Translations under genes and position numbers: made by a program | In this document: in pieces, positions 26,301 through 43,157 of the stretch | Layout of the letters: each line of letters begins with the position of its first letter | How positions within the stretch are numbered: position 1 is the stretch's first letter | Notes under the pieces: generated by a model | Told to the model about the DNA's origin: nothing | The model's database searches: none | What the model saw: the letters and a program-made list of their open reading frames with translations, nothing else | Source of the DNA: Paramecium tetraurelia | Taxonomy: Eukaryota | DNA length: 64,000 bases | NCBI GenBank assembly: GCA_000165425.1 | Contig: CT868669.1 | Coordinates: 62,001-126,000 of the forward strand | Reading direction: 5' to 3'

Positions 26301-28429
26301 TAATCACCAATCTAATTCATAATGGCCACTGCATCAAGCAATGTGCAATTCAATCCCAAATCTTAAAATATTTCCATTATATTCGAAGCCATCAATCCCT
26401 ATTAGAACTCTCTGTTATTTATATAGTCATCCATTTGTTATTTATTGTTACGAATCCAAATTTGCATATTCTTTTCAATAATCTAAGCTAATTACAAGAT
26501 TGGAGCATAGATCTTCGATATTTCACCCTGCACCTCAAACTATCTTAAATAATCCACTAAATCCGAGATTTGTATTTAATCATCACTATTAACTTCCAAG
26601 GTCTCAAATACAGAGTTGATGGTTATGGCTGAGAAAGAAGGCCCAGAAGGTATGTTTCCTCCTTTGCAACTTAATAAATATTCTTTCAGTTATTATCTAT
26701 GGACCAATCCAAATGCTCCATGGGGCATATCCCTTTCTAAAGCATTGATGCTTGGAAATATTTTCAAAGTTTATTAATAAAAATTGGCATATATTTTTGT
26801 ATAGTTCAATTTCAATTGTTTCTTATAATTGGTAAATGCTTACCAACTCTGCAAAAAGATATGCCAGTCCAAAGTCGATTAATCAAATTATAAGTATTGA
26901 GAAAGCGAAGTTATTATTCTCTTATTAAAATTTAATCCACAAAGTTGCAAAACTATATCTACAAATTCATCAATTAATATGAATTGTTCTTTGGGCAAAA
27001 TACGAATAGTTTAAGTAATTTTATTCAGAGTTGTAATGAGACATTCTTACAAAGGGATCTTTTCATAAACTACTGGCTAGTCTATTTATGGGGGTTCAGG
27101 TTGTTTCTCAGGCTCATTGACATTGTCAATAGGAGCTTCTTCAGGCTCTTCATCAATGGATTCATCAACATAAGTGATCTCAGAATTAACTAATTTATTG
27201 ATTTGAGGATTTGTTCCGAATGCTAACTTTAATTTAATGATTGCCATAATTTGCTTAGTTCTTAAATCCTCAAATGGGATGTCTTCATCAATTAGTATTT
27301 ATGGTGAGAGATTGCTTCTGAGAGTTTAAATAACAACTAATGGATTTTAATTAAGTATAAGGGCACTTATCGATACTAATGATAATCTTGCTATTCCAAC
27401 TAAAACATCTTGATTGGTTTAAGTGTGCTTAGCCCATAATTCAAGAATCCATGGTATGTTCTCCATCTTACTCAAGGATGTTACCGTTATTTGACATCTT
27501 GCAGTATAATTGATAAACCATTTAGAAGTGTTCCAATTAGTTGGGGTCTGATTTATTTCTTGAGTTCCATATGATTTAAATTTTAAATATAAGTTGATTT
27601 ACTCATCTTCGATTTTCTCTTAACAGAGGACTTAATTTAAGTGTATGAGCTTTCCTATATTTAAATATAATTGGAATGATTGCAGTTATTAAATCAATTG
27701 CTGATTCATTTCTTCTTCCTATTATTATTTAAGTAATCTTTTTTTCTCCTTTTCTTTCTGATTCTATTCATTGACCTTTTCGTATATCTTCTAGACTTGT
27801 TCTTCAATATCTATTTCCTTTTTTGGAGATTATTCAACTTACTGACTCCTTGCATCAATATCCTACAATTACACTTCAAACTCTAATATTCCTGTCTCTA
27901 TTAATTTGTCAACCTTCCCCTTCTTGTTGTTCTTGGTTTACACCTAACCCAATTATTAGATTGGAACCTAGTAGGTAAAACATCTCAGTCTGTCTATAAT
28001 CATAGTCGAAAGCACGAATTCGGCTTTTCCGATTTCTACATCCAATGAAAATACTTGAAAATAGATAACTGCTTGGTTTATTTATCCTAAGCTATTTTCA
28101 GTCAATTAGAAATTAGATCTGAATTATGCATTAAACATAAGCGATTTCCCATTTTTTCCGATATCGTATGTTTAATGTATTTGGTACTCAATGATGTTAT
28201 TTCGTATCATTGGCAATTTCACATTCAATTTAATCGACTTGTCCTGAAATTATTTCGAATTCAAATTCAATGATTTTAATGAAATTTGTAAATATTTTAC
28301 ATTCCTCATATTCAATGTCTCCAATTCATTCACGTTTATGTTATTTGGTTATTATTTACCTACCACATTGAAAATCTTGCAATAATCATCTTCTAATTAA
28401 AGTTACTAACTCTCGTTATAATCTGCCAT
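23321..28429 (-). CDS. Large (~1700 aa) multi-C2-domain protein, C2CD3-like centriolar candidate
   Basis: Repeated C2-like units (FQVFSLDVEIGKAEFVLS; NLYLKFK..WN..LELWAK..LVGIARLSL; IELFFDN..IGLWTGIS) and a C-terminal AELKRIEKIL resembling the RIARIF end of C2CD3. Full frame continuity not verified. Confidence 0.65.
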
Positions 28430-28518
28430 TTGAATTTAAAAAACAAATAACTTATTATTATTATTAATTTCAAACATTTCATGCAATTAAATAATAAATA
28501 ATTATAAAGAAATATAAT

Positions 28519-30006
28519 TCATTGCTTTATCACCCAGTCCAAAGATTGCATTTCGTTAGTAATTCCCAAATTAACACCTAAATGATTATATTTGTTAATA
28601 CATAAATCAGTAATATCAACATTCTCCAATATACTTTAGTAATTAAGAAGTCTGGATTTTAATTTTTCTTTCGCTCTTTCATTGAGGACTCCATAAATTT
28701 GCAATTAGGTTGAGCCATGTTAATTGATTACTTTTAAATGAATTTAGTTTGATAGTATTGTTTCGAAAACTTCCATCAAAATCAAGCATAATGAGTCTCT
28801 TTACCCAAAGATTGGAGATCCCAGTTAAAGTATTTCAACAGATATTTGCTTCTAAGGATAGACTAATCTCAATTAATTGATAATTTTATCTATTTTTATC
28901 TTTGTAATTTATTTGTATTCAAGTTTCTCAAGTAAATAATGATACATTATAATCTTAAATATGGCAGTTAGAGCAGGAAATTAAAATTAACCAACCAGTC
29001 TTAATTGGAGTAAAATACTCTTTATCAGCATTTTGTATTTGTATTAATACTAATTTTCTATATCTGAAACTTTCTCATTGCTTTAGAACTTGAATTGCTT
29101 CACTTTGATTAATATTATAGGAGATGTTCCCTATAATATTGAGAAATAGACATCCTGAACTTTTTTTTCATAATAAATAGTCACCTTCTGGTTCCAAAGT
29201 TACATATGATCACTTTCCAATTCTTTCACCTTTTTATATATAAAATCTTCTAAATTTATTTTTTTATCCTAGTTCACTTTTGATTTTCTTAAGAACTATT
29301 TTAATTAATCAGTTGTTTCTATTGTAAACATAAATTCAATAGACCTCTTAAAAATAAATGAGCTGTTTAAGTAATTAAAACTGAACATCACACAAGGTTC
29401 AACTAATATATTTTAAAGTACTTCCTCCCATTTGTCATCTACTATTGTAAGCTAGAACTTCGATCTTTCAGCAGAAACATTTTCATAAAATGTAATTATC
29501 AGTAAAAATACAACTAAAAATGTTGCTAATGCTACTGAAATAGAAAAATTTGGTTGGTAAAGCAGTAAATAAATAAAATAAAATGAGTAGAATGAAACTA
29601 CTTGGATCAAAGTATCAATAAATTCTCCAGTCCTCATAACTATAAACTAGAAGGAAATAATCAAAGCTGAGGCAAGTTAATATTGGAATTGCGCTTTCCC
29701 ATCATCAGGTTCAGAATAAACAAATAAAAGTATATAGTTAATCATCATCAGCACCCATCTAATCCATTGTGGTTAAAATTTAAAAATCACAATCAGCCCT
29801 ATATTGCCTGCTAAGTATCCAATTGTAAAGTATATCTCTTTGTAACTAAAGTTTATTATAGAGGAAATTAGTTTTGTTATAATTACAATAAATGTGGTAA
29901 AAATGATTTTTTACAGTAATGGCTTCCTCTTCTGCTGCGTTTAAAAGTCCTAGTATTTCTATTCTAAGATTTTGTCTTTAAATGTCAAAGTATACTTATT
30001 TAACAT
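28519..30006 (-). CDS. Multi-pass membrane protein (~6 TM plus PAS-like cytosolic region), ciliate-expanded sensor-type family; apparent frameshift at 29278-29281
   Basis: MLNKYTLTFKDKILEQKY start, about six hydrophobic helices, then KWEEVLQNIL..., INLEDFIY..., SPIILIKV. 3' end approximate. Confidence 0.7.
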
Positions 30007-30630
30007 AAGAAAAAATAATTAATAAATAATAGATACATTAATTGCTTTAATTACAAAAAATTAATAAGCATACAGCAAATATAATGAAATTATTTATTAG
30101 AAACTTAATTTAGATAGTTTAATTTTTTTATCAAGATCATGTGTCTGCAACTTATTTGTTTAAAATACCAATCAAAATATCTAGTCCCTTCGGATGTTAG
30201 TAATAAAAGGTAGAATTCAATAGTTTAATATAAAAATAAAAAATCTTATATTATTAATTTAAACCAGCTCAGAAAGATTTTGAATTCAGAACTTAATATT
30301 ATTAAACAATAAACAGCAAAAAGTAAATTAAGAAAAGTTATTGACATAGAACCAGTATTTTATAATTCAAAATAAAAATTTATTCTTAATTAAAGAAATT
30401 TTTTATTTTTTTCTTTATAGAAATGTATTATTGTCTATGGAGCTGAAGTATACTTTTATTTAACTTATGCATTTTTTCCACATTAAAAATGGTGTTAAAT
30501 TACCATAATTTTAACCATCATTAAATTTATGGATTTGACCAAAGCCATGTAATATTTTTTTCTAAAAATATATTAGTATATTTGATAAACTGTTTTATAT
30601 TTATTTATAAATAATTCAAATTTCAAAGCG

Positions 30631-32994
<2,364 letters not shown>

Positions 32995-33077
32995 AAATAA
33001 TACATATATTATATAAAATCTCAAGCATACTGGTGTTGGCTAATTAAATTTAATTTAATTTTTTTAGAATTCAAAAC

Positions 33078-35869
33078 ATGGAAGAGAAGAAAGTGCCAGT
33101 AGAGAAATAGGCCTAAAAAAAGCCAGGAAAGTAGGTTGTGCCAGTTGGTAATCATGAAAATAAAGCATCATTTTAGTCTGAATAAGATCTTGAGTTGAAA
33201 AACAGACTTGAATAATATGCATAGGAGATCATTTAAAATAATACAGAGAGTTTAGAGAAGTTGAAGACTGAAGTACGTTCAGCTACTACTTCAATGACTT
33301 CAGTGCCAAAGCCATTCAAATTCTTAAAGGAATCTTACGGAAAATTGGTTGAGTTTTACAATGAGTTGGAGGCATCTAGATTTAAAGTAGGAGTGTAGTA
33401 TATAAAATATAGAAATAATTGGCAGATTTTCTATCTGTGTTGGCAATGACTTATGGAGGGGATAGAGATTCATTGCTTTATCTATAAGAGGGAACATTAG
33501 AAGAATTCAAATTTTGGGGACATGAGTATCTAAGTCATCTAGCTGCCAATATTGGATCAGAATTCTAGATAAGGCTACAAAAGGTAGACGGCGCCGATGA
33601 TTTACTGTTTTTAGTTGATGAAATAGTTCCATATTTTATGGATCATAATTCAGAACATGATGCAATTGATTTATTAAGTGAAGTAGATCAATTGTAAAAA
33701 ATAGAACAAGTAAAGAGTCTATATCTTATCATTAGTATGTGAATCAAGCGAACATATAAAGAATTTTGGTTTATTTATTGAGTCTCGTTCCATTTTGTTC
33801 AGATTAGGATGAATTAGATGTTTTACTTGCTACTGCCTTTAATATTTGTTTGAAGGTGAATGAATTCACTAATGCTTTGAAAATTGCATTACGTATTGAC
33901 AAGCCAGGAAAGGTTGAACAAGTATTTTAAGCTTGCTAAGATGAAACAATAAAAAAGCAATTGGCCTTCTAATTGGCTAGACATAGATATCAAGTTGGAG
34001 AAGAAATTATTAATGACGAGACTTTAAAAAAGATAGCAGCAAATCAATACTTGAGTTAATTCTACATAAATTTGGCTAAAGATTTAGAAGTTCTTGAACC
34101 TAAGACTCCAGATCAGGTTTACAAGGCTCATTTAGAAGAAAAGAACAAAGAAGCTAATTTTGAATAAATCCAAAAGAATTTAGCAGCAACATATTGCAAT
34201 GGATTCGTGAATGCAGGATTCAAGAAGGATGCATTGATGAGCAATAAAGAAAATCCATGGTTGAATAGTGTGAAAAATGATCATACAGCAATTGCAGCCG
34301 TTGCAAGTATTGGGTTAGTCAATTTATGGAATATTGATAATGGAACAGAATAAATATCTGAATACTTTGAATTAAGTGATATCTTCACAAAAGCAGGAGC
34401 TTGCATAGGATTAGGATTATTTTGTAGTGGAATTGTAGATGAAAATTAACCAGCTTAAGCCATATTATTGGCTTAGTTGGAGAGTCCTGAAGTGTAGGTT
34501 AAGATCGGAGCTGTGATGGGATTGGGATTAGCATATGCAGGTTCAGCAAGAGTAGAATTATAAGACCAATTGATAAGTTTAATTGTTGAGGCAGATAGTG
34601 TTGAATTGGCTTCTATGGCTGCATTATCTTTAGGTCTGATATTCGTTGGTAAATGCAATGATGAAGTTGCTAATGCCATTGTTTAAACAATGGGGGAGAG
34701 ACAAGAATCATAATTAGATATCTCTATATCAAGATATTTTGCAGTAGGATTAGGATTACTCTATTTAGGATAAGCAGAAGCAGCAGACATTGTAATTGAT
34801 ACACTTGCTGTAATTCCTCACAAGATCAATAAATATGCAAAAGTCACCTTGACTTCTCTTGCATATGCATCAACAGGAAATGTGTTAAAAGTTCAAGAAC
34901 TACTTGGTTATTGTTCAGAAGTGACATCTGATGACAAGGGCACTAAGATAGAAAAGAATTATGAACTCTAATAAGTAGCCATTTTGGGAATTGCCTTAAT
35001 TGCCAGCAGCGAAGATATTGGTAGTGAAATGGTCTATAGAATTTTCTAACATATATTGTAATTTTCAGATGTGGAGGTCAAGAGAGCCATTCCTTTGGCT
35101 GTAGCTTTGATCAATGTATTAATACAGTATATTAATTATTTAGATATCCAATCCCAAGATTCAACCTATGGACCTTCTTCTTAAGTTGGCTCACGACAGA
35201 GATTAAGAATTGTCCTATAGAGCAACCTTGTCAATGGGTTTGTTGGGAGCAGGTACTAACAATTCAAGAATTGCTGATAAGTTAAGAGGATTGGCAGTTT
35301 ACTTTATGAATGATTCAAATGGATTATTCCTTGTGAGAATTGCCTAGGGATTATTACATATGGGCAAAGGATTATTGACACTTCAACCATACTATTCTGA
35401 TAAGTTCTTAATGAATAAGGTGGCTATTGCAGGAATTATTTCATTCTTACATGGATGTTTGGACATTAAGAATTTGATTTTGGAAAAGCATCATACGTTA
35501 CTCTACTATTTAGGTATTGCCATGTATCCAAGAATGTTCTTTACAGTAATTATCTCGCTTAATTTAGTTAAATGAAAATCTTGAAAATCTCCCTGTTTAG
35601 GTACGTGTAGGATAGGCTGTAGATGCAGTTGGATAGGCTGGTAAACCTAAAAGAATTACAGGATTTCAGACTCATACAAGTCCAGTCATTGTTAGTGCTG
35701 GTGAAAGGTAATCCTAAATATATTCTATAATAGAGCTGAATTAGCCAATGATGAATATATGCCAGTCTAAGACATGATCTTAGAAAACTTTGTTATTTTA
35801 AAGAAGAATCCAGATTATAAACCAGAAATTGAGTAACCACAACGTAAAAAGACTAGTTTCAGCATGTGA
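33078..35869 (+). CDS. RPN1: 26S proteasome non-ATPase subunit RPN1/PSMD2
   Basis: LSEQDLELK, VRSATTSMTSVPKPFKFL, WGHEYLSHL, GAGTNNSRIA, RIAQGLLHMGKG, VRVGQAVDAVGQAGKPKRITGFQTHTSPV. Confidence 0.97.
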
Positions 35870-35956
35870 TTATATATAATAGTATGCATATATATATGTA
35901 ACTTTAATTAAAGTATTTGATCTACTATAGTAATTAAATGAAAATATCATGATTGA

Positions 35957-36979
35957 TCATTATTTAGTTGATGAAACATTCTCCATTTAGTTTGTTGATT
36001 CCGTATTTTTGATATCACACCCATAATATTACCTAACTTTACTTGATGTATCTTCAAAGGTTCCTCTCTAATCATTTTTTCTTTTCTTAACATCATTTCT
36101 AATTTTGTTGAAATCAAGTTTGGTTGCTTTTGCTAAGTTTGTTTGATATTTAAGCTGGGTAATTTCCTCTCAGAATCTATGGATTGTTGAGAAAGACTCC
36201 TAAGCTTTGTTATTTTCTACATAAACTCATCCATTGACTTTTTGTGATTTTAGCTGTCTTTTATTCTATGCTTGATTCCTGTCATTATTACTAAGTTTTT
36301 ATCAGGTAATAGTTTTCGCATTGATTCATTTAATTTTTCCATTGTGCTTACATCAATCGAAGCCTATTATTTCTAAAATAGGTCAGCAATGCTTTGATTA
36401 TTTGAAATCACCAATTCTAATTTAATTAAATAGGAAATTACTTTTCAAAATGAATTTTTCAGGACTTGAGGAATCACAAATAGAATTCTAACTTGCTGTT
36501 GAATTGTGTTTTAGAGTATCCCTTTCTGTGATAGATTTGATTCCTTAATTAGTTAATCGGATAATTTTTTATTTAGCCTTAATTTCACAACCTATTGAGT
36601 CATCCCTTTCACATGTCCTATCTCTATTAGAAGTTACGCAAGGTTGACTACTAGTGTGATTTTTGTGCTTCATTCTTTTATCAAGTAGAGCAATTATTTC
36701 TTCAACATTTCCTGTATCAGTGCAATCGATCGATTTATCTTTCAAACTCATTTTGACGATTTCTTATTGAAGTTTTTTAATGTTCATTGCAACAGCATGC
36801 AAATATAAAAAATAGTCTTGCTAACTCGTATTTGATGTCATGTATTCTAAATAATTCATTCTTTGCAAGGCTCGTTGAGTCAATCCCAGTTTCTTCATTG
36901 CCACTTAAGTGATATGAGAATTATAATCTATCCTTTAATCCAGATATTATTTCATCTCTTGAACAGGGATTTTACTCAT
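35957..36979 (-). CDS. Hypothetical K/Q-rich coiled-coil protein
   Basis: MSKIPVQEMKQYLDQRIDYNSHITQVAMKKLGLTQRAL...; contains track ORF 36569-36751; ends ...MENVSSTKQ-TGA. Confidence 0.65.
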
Positions 36980-37033
36980 TTTTTATAAAATATTAAACTT
37001 TAAGTAATCATTTTTAATTATATTATCATTTAT

Positions 37034-38188
37034 TCATTATTGTCCTGCCCTTTCATCTTTTTAGTTTGCAAATAATAATACTGTCAATTCTTCAATGGCC
37101 TTTGAATTTTGAACAACTACACATGCTTTATTAATATCACATTTCAACTTCATATCCAAAAGTGAATATAAATAAGATAGCAATTTAATGTCTGGATTAT
37201 CAGTACGAATATGCAACGAAAATATTGGTTGCAGTCTGCTATTAACCACAACTTAATCCAAAAGTTTGGCTGCTTTGTCTGCTGATAGATGAGTTTCAAC
37301 TGCTGTTTTGAAAAGTGGCCAATTATCAGCAAATAATGGTTGGAATTTTGATTTTACTAAATAGCAATACAATTATTCAGGTGCCTCTATTTCTACTTAA
37401 TCGTTAACTTAATTGTCTTCTTCAGCAAAGATCATTTGTGGTACTTCTTTGAGTAATGGCTGGAAACTTGAACTCAAGACATCCACATTAAGACGTGAAG
37501 ATTCTTCAGGATAAAAAATCAAGAGTACTTCTTCATGAAATGGTTTCTTTCTTTATTCACTTGTGAAAGGAATAACCTAGTTTTCAGTCTTGCATTCCTC
37601 TGCCCAAGTAAAGTTAGGTATTGAGAGCACTTCATTTAAAGGCTTCAACATATCTTCATACCGAGTATCTTCCAAAACCATATAGAAATGAGTAATTTCA
37701 GCCTATTTTTCAGGATCAAAGTCATGCAAATCGCTCCATGTATTATTCCAAATATTGAGTTTTGCCTTCTGTATATGTTATCTTAATTATGGATAATAAC
37801 CACGAAAACAGCCAAATCCCATTCTAACTGATAATTCAATAATTGGTTAACTTTAGGTAAAGAGCAAGGTTTGAATATCTTCGCATTTCTTAGACCGAAA
37901 TTATCCGCAAGCAGTAATCACTTTACATCTTTTACATCCTCTTATAAACATACTAGATTCAACAGCAGCAAAAAACATTTAACAATCAAAACAATCATCA
38001 ATTAGAATTTATGCTGAAAAGTCTGCTATGAAGATCTTACAACGGACACAATTTCTTAATACAAAGGACTCGCCATCAACTTCGCCTGGCTTTTTTATTA
38101 ATATTTCATCTTGTTTGTCATAAAACCTATATTTAGAGGCATCCTTTTTTCTTAATTCCCATGACTTAGGTTTGCTGTTGTTTGACAT
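37034..38188 (-). CDS. RP2: RP2/XRP2-like protein (TBCC/C-CAP domain, ARL3-GAP type)
   Basis: KKPGEVDGESFVLRNC, QILIDDCFDC, ACGQFRSKKC (catalytic Arg retained), SQPIIE, GFGCF, WNNTWSDLHDFDP. Confidence 0.85.
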
Positions 38189-38248
38189 TTCAAAGAATAC
38201 AAATGAATTTTATCAAAATTACAAAATTATTAAAAGAAAAACAAATAA

Positions 38249-38604
38249 TCATTGATTTGGAAGTGATTTTAAATCTTCCTGAAGTAAAATGAACACATTT
38301 TGGGTAGCATAATTTTGTACCTTCTAAATAAAGCAGTGTAATCTTTCTATAATTATAAAAAATTAATGAACTAAAATACCAAATATGCTAAGATGTTTTT
38401 GACCATTTAGTCCATTTTAATAGAGAACGAAGGATTGTCACAGAGACATTCTCCCTTTTATACACTCCTAGTTGATGTTCTTCAAGATACACCCTAAAAA
38501 ACTTTTTCTAATTTTGTTCCTCGATACAATTTTAAGAATAGGAGCTTGTGATTTAGCCTTATGCTATACATAATGTTATAAAGGATTTGTTTTTCTGACA
38601 TCAT
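38249..38604 (-). pseudogene. Short hypothetical gene or pseudogene with a frameshift
   Basis: MMSEKQILYNIMYSIRLNHKLLFLKLYRG..., frame break in a T6 run near 38490, intron-like GTATTT..TAG; no recognisable family. Confidence 0.25.
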
Positions 38605-38697
38605 ATATATGTATAATATAATATATTATATGGTATTTTATTTTTATTAAAATTATTAAATACAAAATGACATTATAAATTTAACCACAATACAAAA

Positions 38698-40773
38698 TCA
38701 TTAAATAAGTTTTCCATCATTTCTTTCTGTTTCTACCACTTTATCAATTTCTTTCTTGGTAACAATTTAGTGCAGAGTTCTTAAACTATTTTTCCCACTA
38801 TCCACCTTAAAATCCATATAATTCTATGGCTAATCTAATTGTAGCTATTCACTAAAGATTTTTGTTATGTCATGTCCCAATAAGTGGATTAGCTTTAAAT
38901 CCACTTCCAACTAACATTTTGGAACATACTCGTCTTCGATCTCTTCCAACATATCAGTGTAAGCCTGTAAGTTATAACTATTATTTACCTAATACACTAT
39001 GTTATGTAAATTTTTATCATAATAACTAAGTTATTGCTTGAAGGGTTGAATTGGCTATTCGTCATCTTCAAAGTTCATTCTTGTTGGTATTGCTTAATCG
39101 TCATTCAAAGCAATTATTGGTTTTGGCGTAAAGTTAAATAGAATTATTTGAGACTAATTAAATAGCACCTCCTTTAATTTATTAATCTCATTTATCTTAA
39201 AGAGGATACTGTGTAAATCCAAATCTTCATTCATTTTATCACTATTATAATTGTAATTTAAAATTTACATTGCTTTCTTCAAAAACTTCGAGTTTCTCTC
39301 GTTGAAACATATTCCGCATGTAATTTAATTTAAGAATAACTTAACACTGAACCTAATCGGTTCTGACTTTTTAATTAATTTCCTCAGTACATTCTATCTA
39401 ATCACAGTATTCGATCTTTTTTTCACTACCAATTTAAGTCAAATCATACCATCTCCCTCAGAATTTTTAGTATCCAGCAACCCTTTCAACTTAAAAGCAT
39501 CCTAAATGAATCTTGGTGTTCTGGAACTAAATGAAGGATTACTCTATAATCTATCTTATCCTTCTTTGAAATCATACAATTTATTGGATAATTCAATCAA
39601 TACTAAAGTTAAGAAATATTTTGTACACGATGTCCTATTGTAGAAAGCTATGAAAAGTCCAAAAATAAGCTTAGTTATTTGCATAAATCCCCCAAGATAC
39701 GACAATAATTCACCTATTTGCTAATAACTTCTATCAATTTAAGCATTCATTTAACTTCTTCGTAGGAAGATTTCCGCATAATTTTAATTAGGTAGGGTAG
39801 ATGTCACTGATAAATCTCGAAAGTCTTCAGAAGTTCTCAAAATGATCTTTTGCTTTTCTACCTCTTAAAATGGTACGATACTGTTGTCGTTGTTAATTTC
39901 ATATTGCCTGTAATAGATGTTTGCCATATTACTAAATGATTTAGGTACAAAATTGAAATATAAATCGCTATCTAGATAGATTTCAAGATAATTAGATGGA
40001 GATGCAGGATTCACAACAGTGTTTATTTGATAAACCTGGAGTTTAAAAAAGCCGTCTCTGGAAAGGGCATTTTCAAATTGCTCCTGACTTGCACAAATTG
40101 GATTCCATTAATCGATTGAAGGATTTGTGGTGTTCACACAATCCTTAACCGTTATCTTAACGAAATAGAAATCCTCACTTCCGTAAGAGCCTTATAATTT
40201 AAATTTAAAATCGTCTCTAGAAATTTACTATGATATTTACTTTGGACAAAGCCAATTATTCATTCCTAAAGACTAAAATTATTGTTCGATTGCTTTTGAA
40301 TTTCCATTCTAAACTTTTGTGGTAAATTGATCCATTGTGCAAGGTTAAAGTTCTAAAAAAGAACTTGTTTTGCTCATCGTTCCATTTGCTTGTCTATGGT
40401 AATACCTAAAATTAATGACTACTACTACTTTTATTCTATAGTAATATTGAAGAGGGGTTGACTTGTAAAGTTCACTTAATCGATAGAAAAGGCTGTCATA
40501 AAATTGGTATTGTTCAATATAACCATATCAGGATCAATGTTGAAAAGAGTTTACAATTTTGCATTAGCCTTTTACTTTGTCACAAAACCCACTATGTTAC
40601 TGTAAAAGAATATTCCAAGAAATATGATTATCATAATGGAGGATACTCCTCCCAATGAGGTGGTGTAACAATTTTGCTTGTTCATATTTAGAGTTATGAA
40701 TTATCCAAAAAAATCAAATTTCTTCAGAGCTAATTACTAAGAATAAGTAATTACTTTGTTGTAGAGCCATCAT
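38698..40773 (-). CDS. Two-TM protein with large Cys-containing loop, ciliate-expanded family with ENaC/P2X-like topology
   Basis: KFDFFGQ..YTTSLGGVSSI (TM1), LQPCT, WLCP, GSYGSEDFYFVKITVKDCVN..C, RSYQQIGELLSYLGGFMQITKLIFGLFIAFYN (TM2), long cytosolic tail. Confidence 0.8.
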
Positions 40774-41210
40774 AATATTTATGATATCTAATAATGAAAG
40801 ATTATAAAATATTAATAATCTATAAATCGATCGATACGAATGATAATTTGTTAAATAAATTTAAATTAATATCAATATTTTAAATTATGATGTTATTTAC
40901 ATAAACTTACTAAACTTTTCATCTTTATTTAATCATCGATCCCTACATTTACCTATAACCTTATGAAATATCACTATGACTTCTTTTTTCTTAATTTGGA
41001 AATATTTAAATTAAATATTTATTGAGATGAAATATCTATTTTATGTTAATAGTATGAGATATTCCATTCTAAGTTAATTAATAAAAATAGTTTATAAATT
41101 TTATTTATAAATTTTTTATTTTTAAATTAATTTGTGACTTTTTGGTATTTCCTTATTTGTAATTAAATCAAATTATGAAATAATCAATAATGCATAAAAT
41201 ACGATAATAA

Positions 41211-42395
<1,185 letters not shown>

Positions 42396-43157
42396 ATTAT
42401 TATATTTATATTATTGATCACTAATAAATAGGTTTAATTTCATAAATTATACATAAAATTTCTTAAAAACTAATTATGCTAACCATTAATCTAAAATCTT
42501 TATTTTGAATTTCACACAAATCTTATCAGTATTTATAATGTCTCTGATCATATAAACCGAATTATTCAGTTAAAAGTTATATAATCATTCATTTCACAAA
42601 CTCATAATAAGGATGATTGAAAAAGAAACGAAATATAATATTTCCTATTCTAATATATTTAGTGTTGTTCCAATATTAACTTAAACCACTTTCGACCCAT
42701 CCTGATGGAAATGGAAAGAAAAAAAAATAGAAACTAATATTTGAATGTAGAATAAGCCAAAAAATTTGAATTAATTAATTTTTATTTTATTCTAATTAAT
42801 ATTCTAATCACATTTTGAAGTCATTCTTAATTTAATTTAAAAGACATTGTTTAATATAAGTCATTAATTAGCATCGAGTAAATGATTCACATTGTGTATA
42901 TGTGTATATATACAGTATAAAATATTAATAGAAAATTGTTCAATTAGCTTCAAATAAATTATAATAAAGATTTTTTAAATTCTAAACGACACTCTCATTT
43001 TATTGTTCTGAATAATCAAATTTGATTAATTTTAATTAACATTTAATTATTTTACCCAATTAAAAGTTTCACTCAGATTATTAAATATATATATAGAGAA
43101 TCTTGAATTTAAACATATATAAAATGTAGTAAATGAGAGAAATAAATAAGTATAATT

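Noticed and set aside
18171..27193. Many plus-strand ORFs of 60-130 aa in the supplied track
   Set aside because: They are antisense shadows of the minus-strand gp210, DnaJ and multi-C2 genes.
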